Assembly (NCBI GenBank): GCA_964016885.1
Contig: OZ024740.1
Coordinates: 39,308,001-39,372,000 of the forward strand
Reading direction: 5' to 3'
Source of the DNA: Eledone cirrhosa
Taxonomy: Eukaryota
DNA: 64,000 bases
Part shown: one piece after another, positions 50,430 to 64,000 of the stretch
Position numbering within the stretch: the first letter of the stretch is position 1
How the letters are laid out: every line of letters begins with the position of its first letter
Translations under genes and position numbers: made by a program
The notes under the pieces: model-generated
What the model saw: the letters and a program-made list of their open reading frames with translations, nothing else
Told to the model about the DNA's origin: nothing
The model's database searches: none

Positions 50430-53400
50430 AGGTACAATACTACTGTTATATAGTTACAATACTACACTATATAGTTACAATACTACTGTTATATAGTTAC
50501 GATACTACTGTTATATAGTTGAAATACTACACTATATAGTTACAATACTACTGTTATATAGTTACGATACTACTGTTATATAGTTGAAATACTACACTAT
50601 ATAGTTACAATACTACTGTTATATAGTTAAAATACTACTGTTATATAGTTACAATACTACTGTTATATATAGTTACAATACTACTGTTATATATTTACAA
50701 TACTACACTATATAGTTACAATACTACTGTTATATAGTTACAATACTACTGTTATATAGTTACAATACTACAGTTATACAGTTACAATACTACACTATAT
50801 AGTTACAATACTACTGTTATATAGTTACAATACTACTGTTATATAGTTACAATACTACTGTTATATAGTTACAATACTACTGTTATATAGTTACCATACT
50901 ACTGTTATATATAGTTACAATACTACTGTTATAAAGTTACAATACTGGTGTTATATAGTTACAATACTACTGTTATATAGTTACAATACTACAGTTATAC
51001 AGTTACAATACTACACTATATAGTTACAATACTACTGTTATATAGTTACAATACTACTGTTATATAGTTACAATACTACTGTTATATAGTTACAATACCA
51101 CTGTTAAATAGGTACAATACTACTGTTATATAGTTACAATACTACACTATATAGTTACAATACTACTGTTATATAGTTACGATACTACTGTTATATAGTT
51201 GAAATACTACACTATATAGTTACAATACTACTGTTATATAGTTACAGTACTACTGTTATATAGTTACAATACCACTCTTTATATATAGTTACGATACTAC
51301 TGTTATATATTTACAATACTACACTATATAGTTACAATACTACTGTTATATAGTTACAATACTACTGTTGTATAGTTACAATGCTACACAATATAGTTAC
51401 AATACTACTTTTATATAGTTACAATACTACTGTTATATAGTTACAATACTACTGTTATATAGTTACAATACTACACTATATAGTTACAATACTACTGTTA
51501 TATAGTTACAGTACTACTGTTATATAGTTACAATACTACTGTTGTATAGTTACAATACTACTGTTATATATAGTTACAATAATACTGTTATATAGTTATA
51601 ATACTACTGTTGTATAGTTACAATACTACTGTTATATTGTTACAATACTACTGTTATATAGTTACAATACTATTGTTATATAGTTACATTACTACACTAT
51701 ATAGTTACAATACTACTGTTATATAGTTACAATACTACACTATATAGTTACAATACTACTGTTAGATAGTTACAATACTACTGTTATATAGTTACAATAC
51801 TACACTATATAGTTATATTACTACTGTTATATAGTTACGATACTGCACTATATAGTTACAATACTACTGTTATATAGTTACAATACTACACTATATAGTT
51901 ACAATACTACTGTTATATAGTTACAATACTACTGTTATATAGTTACAATACTACTGTTATATAGTTACAATACTACTGTTATATAGTTACAATACTACAC
52001 TATATAGTTACAATACTACTGCTATATAGTTACAATACTACTGTTATATAGTTACAATACTACTGTTATATATAGTTACAATACTACTGTTATATAGTTA
52101 CAATACTACACTATATAGTTACAATACTACTGTTATATAGTTACAATATTAATCTTATTTAGTTACTATACTACTGTTATATAGTTACAATATCACTGTT
52201 ATATATAGTTACAATGCTACACTATATAGTTACAATACTACTGCTATATAGTTACAATACTACTGTTATGTAGTTACAATGCTACACTATATAGTTACAA
52301 TACTACTGTTATATAGTTATAATACTACTGTCATATAGTTACAATACTACACTATATAGTTACATTACAACTGTTTTATAGTTACAATACTACTGTTATA
52401 TAGTTACAATACTACACTATATAGTTACAATACTACTGTTATATAGTTACAATATTACTGTTATATAGTTACAATACTACTGTTATATAGTTACAATACT
52501 ACTGTTATATAGTTACCATACTACTGTTATATATAGTTACAATACTACTGTTATAAAGTTACAATACTACTGTTATATAGTTACAATACTACTGTTATAT
52601 AGTTACAATGCTACACTATATAGTTACAATACTACTGTTATATAGTTATAATACTACTGTCATATAGTTACAATACTACACTATATAGTTACATTACAAC
52701 TGTTATATAGTTACAATACTACTGTTATATAGTTACAATACTACACTATATAGTTACAATACTACTGTTATATAGTTACAATACTACTGTTATATAGTTA
52801 CAATACTACTGTTATATAGTTACAATACTACTGTTATATAGTTACCATACTACTGTTATATATAGTTACAATACTACTGTTATAAAGTTACAATACTGGT
52901 GTTATATAGTTACATTACAACTGTTATATAGTTACAATACCACTGTTAAATAGGTACATTGCTACACTATATAGTTACAATACTACTGCTATATAGTTAC
53001 AATACTACTGTTATATAGTTACGATACTACTGTTATATAGTTGAAATACTACACTATATAGTTACAATACTACTGTTATATAGTTACAATACTACTGTTA
53101 TATATTAACAATACTACTGTTATATATAGTTACAATACTACTGTTATATAGATACAATACTACTGTTATATAGTTACAATACTACACCTTATAGTTACAA
53201 TACTGCTGTTATATAGTTACAATACTATACTATATAGTTATAATACTACTGTTATATAGTTACAATACTACACTATATAGTTACAATACTACTGTTATAT
53301 AGTTACAATACTAGTGTTATATATAGTTACAATACTACTGTTATATAGTTACGATACTACACTATATAGTTACAATATTACTCTTATATAGTTACAATAC

Positions 53401-56400
53401 TACTGTTATATAGTTACAATACTACTGTTATATAGTTACAATACTACTGTTATATATATTTACAATACTACTGTTATATAGTTACGATACTACACTATAT
53501 ATTTACAATATTACTCTTATATAGTTACTATACTACCGTTATATAGTTACAATATTACTGTTATATATAGTTACAATGCTACACTATATACTTACAATAC
53601 TACACTATATAGTTACAATACTACTGTTATATAGTTACAATGCTACACTATATAGTTACAATACTACTGTTATATAGTTATAATACTACTGTCATATAGT
53701 TACAATACTACACTATATAGTTACATTACTACTGTTATATAGTTACAATACTACTGTTATATAGTTACAATACTACACTATATAGTTACAATACTACTGA
53801 TATATAGTTACAATACTACACTATATAGTTACATTACTACTGTTATATAGTTACAATACTACTGTTATATAGTTACAATACTACACTATATAGTTACAAT
53901 ACTACTCTTATATAGTTACAATACTACTGTTATATAGTTACAATCCTAGACTATATAGTTACAATACTACTGTTATATAGATACAATACTACTGTTATAT
54001 AGTTACAATACTACTGTTGTATAGTTACACTACTACTGTTATATATATAGTTACAATACTACTGTTATATAGTTACAATACTACTGTTATATAGTTACAA
54101 TACTACTGTTATATTGTTACAATACTACTGTTATATAGTTACAATACTATTGTTATATAGTTACATTACTACACTATATAGTTACAATACTACTGTTATA
54201 TAGTTACAATACTACACTATATAGTTACAATACTACTGTTAGATAGTTACAATACTACTGTTATATAGTTACAATACTACACTATATAGTTATAATACTA
54301 CTGTTATATAGTTACAATACTACACTATATAGTTACAATACTACTGTTATATAGTTACAATACTACACTATATAGTTACAATACTACTGTTATAAAGTTA
54401 CAATACTACTGTTATATAGTTACAATACTACTGTTATATAGTTACAATACTACTGTTATATAGTTACAATACTACACTATATAGTTACAATACTACTGCT
54501 ATATAGTTACAATACTACTGTTATATAGTTACAATACTACTGTTATATATAGTTACAATACTACTGTTATATAGTTACAATACTTCACTATATAGTTACA
54601 ATACTACTGTTATATAGTTACAATATTAATCTTATATAGTTACTATACTACTGTTATATAGTCACAATATCACTGTTATATATAGTTACAATGCTACACT
54701 ATATAGTTACAATACTACTGCTATATAGTTACAATACTACTGTTATATAGTTACAATGCTACACTATATAGTTACAATACTACTGTTATATAGTTATAAT
54801 ACTACTGTCATATAGTTACAATACTACACTATATAGTTATAATACTACTGTTATATAGTTACAATACTACACTATATAGTTACAATACTACTGTTATATA
54901 GTTACAATACTACACTATATAGTTACAATACTACTGTTATATAGTTATAATACTACTGTTATATAGTTACAATACTACACTATATAGTTACAATACTACT
55001 GTTATATAGTTACAATACTACTGTTATATAGTTACAATACTACTGTTATATAGTTACAATACTACTGTTATATAGTTACCATACTACTGTTATATATAGT
55101 TACAATACTACTGTTATAAAGTTACAATACTACTGTTATATAGTTACATTACTACTGTTATATAGTTACAATACTACACTATATAGTTACAATACTACTG
55201 TTATATAGTTACAATACTACTGTTATATAGTTACAATACTACTGTTATATAGTTACAATACCACTGTTAAATAGGTACAATACTACTGTTATATAGTTAC
55301 AATACTACACTATATAGTTACAATACTACTGTTATATAGTTACGATACTACTGTTATATAGTTGAAATACTACACTATATAGTTACAATACTACTGTTAT
55401 ATAGTTACAATACTACTGTTATATATTAACAATACTACTGTTATATAGTTACAATACTAGTGTTATATATAGTTACAATACTACTGTTATATAGTTACAA
55501 TACTACACTATATAGTTACAATACTACTGTTATATAGTTACAATACTACTGTTATATATAGTTACAATACTACTGTTATATATTTACAATACTACACTAT
55601 ATAGTTACAATACTACTGTTATATAGTTACAATACTACTGTTATATAGTTACAATACTACAGTTATACAGTTACAATACTACACTATATAGTTACAATAC
55701 TACTGTTATATAGTTACAATACTACTGTTATATAGTTACAATACTACTGTTATATAGTTACAATACTACTGTTATATAGTTACCATACTACTGTTATATA
55801 TAGTTACAATACTACTGTTATAAAGTTACAATACTGGTGTTATATAGTTACAATACTACTGTTATATAGTTACAATACTACAGTTATACAGTTACAATAC
55901 TACACTATATAGTTACAATACTACTGTTATATAGTTACAATACTACTGTTATATAGTTACAATACTACTGTTATATAGTTACAATACCACTGTTAAATAG
56001 GTACAATACTACTGTTATATAGTTACAATACTACACTATATAGTTACAATACTACTGTTATATAGTTACGATACTACTGTTATATAGTTGAAATACTACA
56101 CTATATAGTTACAATACTACTGTTATATAGTTACAGTACTACTGTTATATAGTTACAATACCACTGTTATATATAGTTACGATACTACTGTTATATATTT
56201 ACAATACTACACTATATAGTTACAATACTACTGTTATATAGTTACAATACTACTGTTGTATAGTTACAATGCTACACAATATAGTTACAATACTACTTTT
56301 ATATAGTTACAATACTACTGTTATATAGTTACAATACTACTGTTATATAGTTACAATACTACACTATATAGTTACAATACTACTGTTATATAGTTACAGT

Positions 56401-59400
56401 ACTACTGTTATATAGTTACAATACTACTGTTGTATAGTTACAATACTACTGTTATATATAGTTACAATAATACTGTTATATAGTTATAATACTACTGTTG
56501 TATAGTTACAATACTACTGTTATATAGTTACAATACTATTGTTATATAGTTACATTACTACACTATATAGTTACAATACTACTGTTATATAGTTACAATA
56601 CTACACTATATAGTTACAATACTACTGTTAGATAGTTACAATACTACTGTTATATAGTTACAATACTACACTATATAGTTATATTACTACTGTTATATAG
56701 TTACGATACTGCACTATATAGTTACAATACTACTGTTATATAGTTACAATACTACACTATATAGTTACAATACTACTGTTATATAGTTACAATACTACTG
56801 TTATATAGTTACAATACTACTGTTATATAGTTACAATACTACTGTTATATAGTTACAATACTACACTATATAGTTACAATACTACTGCTATATAGTTACA
56901 ATACTACTGTTATATAGTTACAATACTACTGTTATATATAGTTACAATACTACTGTTATATAGTTACAATACTACACTATATAGTTACAATACTACTGTT
57001 ATATAGTTACAATATTAATCTTATTTAGTTACTATACTACTGTTATATAGTTACAATATCACTGTTATATATAGTTACAATGCTACACTATATAGTTACA
57101 ATACTACTGCTATATAGTTACAATACTACTGTTATGTAGTTACAATGCTACACTATATAGTTACAATACCACTGTTATATAGTTATAATACTACTGTCAT
57201 ATAGTTACAATACTACACTATATAGTTACATTACAACTGTTTTATAGTTACAATACTACTGTTATATAGTTACAATACTACACTATATAGTTACAATACT
57301 ACTGTTATATAGTTACAATATTACTGTTATATAGTTACAATACTACTGTTATATAGTTACAATACTACTGTTATATAGTTACCATACTACTGTTATATAT
57401 TGTTACAATACTACTGTTATAAAGTTACAATACTACTGTTATATAGTTACAATACTACTGTTATATAGTTACAATGCTACACTATATAGTTACAATACTA
57501 CTGTTATATAGTTATAATACTACTGTCATATAGTTACAATACTACACTATATAGTTACATTACAACTGTTATATAGTTACAATACTACTGTTATATAGTT
57601 ACAATACTACACTATATAGTTACAATACTACTGTTATATAGTTACAATACTACTGTTATATAGTTACAATACTACTGTTATATAGTTACAATACTACTGT
57701 TATATAGTTACCATACTACTGTTATATATAGTTACAATACTACTGTTATAAAGTTACAATACTGGTGTTATATAGTTACATTACAACTGTTATATAGTTA
57801 CAATACCACTGTTAAATAGGTACAATGCTACACTATATAGTTACAATACTACTGCTATATAGTTACAATACTACTGTTATATAGTTACGATACTACTGTT
57901 ATATAGTTGAAATACTACACTATATAGTTACAATACTACTGTTATATAGTTACAATACTACTGTTATATATTAACAATACTACTGTTATATATAGTTACA
58001 ATACTACTGTTATATAGATAAAATACTTCTGTTATATAGTTACAATACTACACCTTATAGTTACAATACTGCTGTTATATAGTTACAATACTATACTATA
58101 TAGTTATAATACTACTGTTATATAGTTACAATACTACACTATATAGTTACAATACTACTGTTATATAGTTACAATACTAGTGTTATATATAGTTACAATA
58201 CTACTGTTATATAGTTACGATACTACACTATATAGTTACAATATTACTCTTATATAGTTACAATACTACTGTTATATTGTTACAATACTACTGTTATATA
58301 GTTACAATACTACTGTTATATATATTTACAATACTACTGTTATATAGTTACGATACTACACTATATATTTACAATATTACTCTTATATAGTTACTATACT
58401 ACCGTTATATAGTTACAATATTACTGTTATATATAGTTACAATGCTACACTATATACTTACAATACTACACTATATAGTTACAATACTACTGTTATATAG
58501 TTACAATGCTACACTATATAGTTACAATACTACTGTTATATAGTTATAATACTACTGTCATATAGTTACAATACTACACTATATAGTTACATTACTACTG
58601 TTATATAGTTACAATACTACTGTTATATAGTTACAATACTACACTATATAGTTACAATACTACTGATATATAGTTACAATACTACACTATATAGTTACAT
58701 TACTACTGTTATATAGTTACAATACTACTGTTATATAGTTACAATACTACACTATATAGTTACAATACTACTCTTATATAGTTACAATACTACTGTTATA
58801 TAGTTACAATCCTAGACTATATAGTTACAATACTACTGTTATATAGATACAATACTACTGTTATATAGTTACAATACTACTGTTGTATAGTTACACTACT
58901 ACTGTTATATATATAGTTACAATACTACTGTTATATAGTTACAATACTACTGTTATATAGTTACAATACTACTGTTATATTGTTACAATACTACTGTTAT
59001 ATAGTTACAATACTATTGTTATATAGTTACATTACTACACTATATAGTTACAATACTACTGTTATATAGTTACAATACGACACTATATAGTTACAATACT
59101 ACTGTTAGATAGTTACAATACTACTGTTATATAGTTACAATACTACACTATATAGTTATAATACTACTGTTATATAGTTACAATACTACACTATATAGTT
59201 ACAATACTACTGTTATATAGTTACAATACTACACTATATAGTTACAATACTACTGTTATAAAGTTACAATACTACTGTTATATAGTTACAATACTACTGT
59301 TATATAGTTACAATACTACTGTTATATAGTTACAATACTACACTATATAGTTACAATACTACTGCTATATAGTTACAATACTACTGTTATATAGTTACAT

Positions 59401-62400
59401 TACTACTGTTATATATAGTTACAATACTACTGTTATATAGTTACAATACTACACTATATAGTTACAATACTACTGTTATATAGTTACAATATTAATCTTA
59501 TATAGTTACTATACTACTGTTATATAGTCACAATATCACTGTTATATATAGTTACAATGCTACACTATATAGTTACAATACTACTGCTATATAGTTACAA
59601 TACTACTGTTATATAGTTACAATGCTACACTATATAGTTACAATACTACTGTTATATAGTTATAATACTACTGTCATATAGTTACAATACTACACTATAT
59701 AGTTATAATACTACTGTTATATAGTTACAATACTACACTATATAGTTACAATACTACTGTTATATAGTTACAATACTACACTATATAGTTACAATACTAC
59801 TGTTATATAGTTATAATACTACTGTTATATAGTTACAATACTACACTATATAGTTACAATACTACTGTTATATAGTTACAATACTACTGTTATATAGTTA
59901 CAATACTACTGTTATATAGTTACAATACTACTGTTATATAGTTACCATACTACTGTTATATATAGTTACAATACTACTGTTATAAAGTTACAATACTACT
60001 GTTATATAGTTACATTACTACTGTTATATAGTTACAATACTACACTATATAGTTACAATACTACTGTTATATAGTTACAATACTACTGTTATATAGTTAC
60101 AATACTACTGTTATATAGTTACAATACCACTGTTAAATAGGTACAATACTACTGTTATATAGTTACAATACTACACTATATAGTTACAATACTACTGTTA
60201 TATAGTTACAATACTACTGTTATATATTAACAATACTACTGTTATATAGTTACAATACTAGTGTTATATATAGTTACAATACTACTGTTATATAGTTACA
60301 ATACTTCTCTATATAGTTACAATATTACTCTTATATAGTTACAATACTACTGTTATATAGTTACAATACTACTGTTATATAGTTACGATACTACACTATA
60401 TATTTACAATATTATTCTTATATAGTTACTATACTACCGTTATATAGTTACAATATTACTGTTATATATAGTTACAATGCTACACTATATACTTACAATA
60501 CTACACTATATAGTTACAATACTACTGTTATATAGTTACAATGCTACACTATATAGTTACAATACTACTGTTATATAGTTATAATACTACTGTCATATAA
60601 TTACAATACTACACTATATAGTTACATTACTACTGTTATATAGTTACAATACTACTGTTATATAGTTACAATACTACACTATATAGTTACAATACTACTG
60701 ATATATAGTTACAATACTACACTATATAGTTACATTACTACTGTTATATAGTTACAATACTACTGTTATATAGTTACAATACTACACTATATAGTTACAG
60801 TACTACTCTTATATAGTTACAATACTACTGTTATATAGTTACTATACTAGACTATATAGTTACAATACTACTGTTATATAGTTACAATACTACTGTTATA
60901 TAGTTACTATAGTACACTATATAGTTACAATACTACTGTTATGTAGTTACGATACTACACTATATAGTTACGATACAACTGTTATATATAGTTACAATAC
61001 TACTGTTATATAGTTACAATACAACTGTTATATAGTTACAATACTACACTATATAGTTACAATACTACTGTTATATAGTTACAATACTACACTATATAGT
61101 TACAATGCTTCTGTTATATAGTAACAATACTACTGTTATATAGTTACCATACTACTGTTATATATAGTTACAATACTACTGTTATAAAGTTACAATACTA
61201 CTGTTATATAGTTACAATACTACTGTTATATAGTTACAATGCTACACTATATAGTTACAATACTACTGTTATATAGTTATAATACTACTGTCATATAGTT
61301 ACAATACTACACTATATAGTTACATTACAACTGTTATATAGTTACAATACTACTGTTATATAGTTACAATACTACACTATATAGTTACAATACTACTGTT
61401 ATATAGTTACAATACTACTGTTATATAGTTACAATACTACTGTTATATAGTTACAATACTACTGTTATATAGTTACCATACTACTGTTATATATAGTTAC
61501 AATACTACTGTTATATAGTTACAATACTACAGTTATACAGTTACAATACTACACTATATAGTTACAATACTACTGTTATATAGTTACAATACTACTGTTA
61601 TATAGTTACAATACTACTGTTATATAGTTACAATACCACTGTTAAATAGGTACAATGCTACACTATATAGTTACAATACTACTGCTATATAGTTACAATA
61701 CTACTGTTATATAGTTACGAAACTACTGTTATATAGTTGAAATACTACACTATATAGTTACAATACTACTGTTATATAGTTACAATACTACTGTTATATA
61801 TTAACAATACTACTGTTATATATAGTTACAATACTACTGTTATATAGATACAATACTACTGTTATATAGTTACAATACTACACCTTATAGTTACAATACT
61901 GCTGTTATATAGTTACAATACTATACTATATAGTTATAATACTACTGTTATATAGTTACAATACTACACTATATAGTTACAATACTACTGTTATATAGTT
62001 ACAATACTAGTGTTATATATAGTTACAATACTACTGTTATATAGTTACGATACTACACTATATAGTTACAATATTACTCTTATATAGTTACAATACTACT
62101 GTTATATTGTTACAATACTACTGTTATATAGTTACAATACTACTGTTATATATATTTACAATACTACTGTTATATAGTTACGATACTACACTATATATTT
62201 ACAATATTACTCTTATATAGTTACTATACTACCGTTATATAGTTACAATATTACTGTTATATATAGTTACAATGCTACACTATATACTTACAATACTACA
62301 CTATATAGTTACAATACTACTGTTATATAGTTACAATGCTACACTATATAGTTACAATACTACTGTTATATAGTTATAATACTACTGTCATATAGTTACA

Positions 62401-64000
62401 ATACTACACTATATAGTTACATTACTACTGTTATATAGTTACAATACTACTGTTATATAGTTACAATACTACACTATATAGTTACAATACTACTGATATA
62501 TAGTTACAATACTACACTATATAGTTACATTACTACTGTTATATAGTTACAATACTACTGTTATATAGTTACAATACTACACTATATAGTTACAATACTA
62601 CTCTTATATAGTTACAATACTACTGTTATATAGTTACAATCCTAGACTATATAGTTACAATACTACTGTTATATAGATACAATACTACTGTTATATAGTT
62701 ACAATACTACTGTTGTATAGTTACACTACTACTGTTATATATATAGTTACAATACTACTGTTATATAGTTACAATACTACTGTTATATAGTTACAATACT
62801 ACTGTTATATTGTTACAATACTACTGTTATATAGTTACAATACTATTGTTATATAGTTACATTACTACACTATATAGTTACAATACTACTGTTATATAGT
62901 TACAATACGACACTATATAGTTACAATACTACTGTTAGATAGTTACAATACTACTGTTATATAGTTACAATACTACACTATATAGTTATAATACTACTGT
63001 TATATAGTTACAATACTACACTATATAGTTACAATACTACTGTTATATAGTTACAATACTACACTATATAGTTACAATACTACTGTTATAAAGTTACAAT
63101 ACTACTGTTATATAGTTACAATACTACTGTTATATAGTTACAATACTACTGTTATATAGTTACAATACTACACTATATAGTTACAATACTACTGCTATAT
63201 AGTTACAATACTACTGTTATATAGTTACATTACTACTGTTATATATAGTTACAATACTACTGTTATATAGTTACAATACTACACTATATAGTTACAATAC
63301 TACTGTTATATAGTTACAATATTAATCTTATATAGTTACTATACTACTGTTATATAGTCACAATATCACTGTTATATATAGTTACAATGCTACACTATAT
63401 AGTTACAATACTACTGCTATATAGTTACAATACTACTGTTATATAGTTACAATGCTACACTATATAGTTACAATACTACTGTTATATAGTTATAATACTA
63501 CTGTCATATAGTTACAATACTACACTATATAGTTATAATACTACTGTTATATAGTTACAATACTACACTATATAGTTACAATACTACTGTTATATAGTTA
63601 CAATACTACACTATATAGTTACAATACTACTGTTATATAGTTATAATACTACTGTTATATAGTTACAATACTACACTATATAGTTACAATACTACTGTTA
63701 TATAGTTACAATACTACTGTTATATAGTTACAATACTACTGTTATATAGTTACAATACTACTGTTATATAGTTACCATACTACTGTTATATATAGTTACA
63801 ATACTACTGTTATAAAGTTACAATACTACTGTTATATAGTTACATTACTACTGTTATATAGTTACAATACTACACTATATAGTTACAATACTACTGTTAT
63901 ATAGTTACAATACTACTGTTATATAGTTACAATACTACTGTTATATAGTTACAATACCACTGTTAAATAGGTACAATACTACTGTTATATAGTTACAATA
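50428..64000 (+). repeat. Satellite DNA array, forward orientation resumed (right-hand haplotype domain)
   Basis: Same monomers in forward orientation from ATAGGTACAATAC at 50428 to the window end. The array continues beyond the window. Confidence 0.99.
50640..64000 (+). repeat. Duplication of about 4.87 kb (~50640-55340 and ~55530-60210) plus a third partial copy (~61630-64000)
   Basis: The GG of ACTGGTG is at 50947/55836 (offset 4889) and 52898/57764 (offset 4866). CCTAGAC is at 53945/58811/62641 and CCTTATAG at 53187/58053/61883 (offsets 4866 and 3830). Confidence 0.9.

Noticed and set aside
1-64000. CRISPR array
   Set aside because: The repeat length is near the CRISPR range, but monomers abut directly with no unique spacers, leader or cas genes.
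1-64000. Repetitive protein-coding ORF (the 21-mer reads NTTLYSY in one frame)
   Set aside because: Nearly every monomer has TAG on the plus strand and TAA/TAG on the minus strand. Each 22-mer shifts the frame, so all frames close within a few monomers. Length variants do not preserve frame, and ATG occurs only in rare variants.
1-64000. Telomerase-made long telomeric repeat (as in some yeasts)
   Set aside because: There is no G-rich strand. Inherited point variants and kb-scale duplications indicate recombinational or replicative expansion, not templated addition.
1-64000. TATA-box or -10 promoter elements (TATATA, TATAAT variants)
   Set aside because: These are intrinsic parts of the monomer repeated thousands of times, with no downstream gene or other support.
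1-64000. Information-bearing binary code in the order of 22- and 21-mers
   Set aside because: The order appears explained by nested duplications and monomer gain or loss. I see no evidence of a reader, fixed period or constraint.
1-64000. Assignment to a named satellite family or organism, or a new gene-based system
   Set aside because: I do not recognise the monomer and there are no genes. A BLAST, Dfam or Repbase search with a multimer of the 22-mer would be needed.

Overview
The whole 64 kb window is one AT-rich tandem satellite array. I found no coding sequence, RNA gene, transposon or CRISPR array. The consensus monomer is the 22-mer AATACTACTGTTATATAGTTAC (17/22 A+T). It is interspersed with a common 21-mer (AATACTACACTATATAGTTAC), a 24-mer carrying an extra TA, and rarer 19-23 bp forms, giving roughly 2,900 monomers by length estimate. 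Rare point variants act as markers and reveal nested recent duplications with offsets from 240 bp to 5.8 kb, several clustered at 4.2-5.0 kb. The only break in orientation is an inverted segment of about 580 bp (49846-50429). It has 2-4 bp microhomology junctions, appears assembled from three non-adjacent pieces of the downstream array, and sits at a boundary between two variant haplotype domains. The source is probably eukaryotic heterochromatin (inference only; I do not recognise the satellite family or organism). All offsets were counted by eye from marker positions, and block boundaries are approximate to about one or two monomers.
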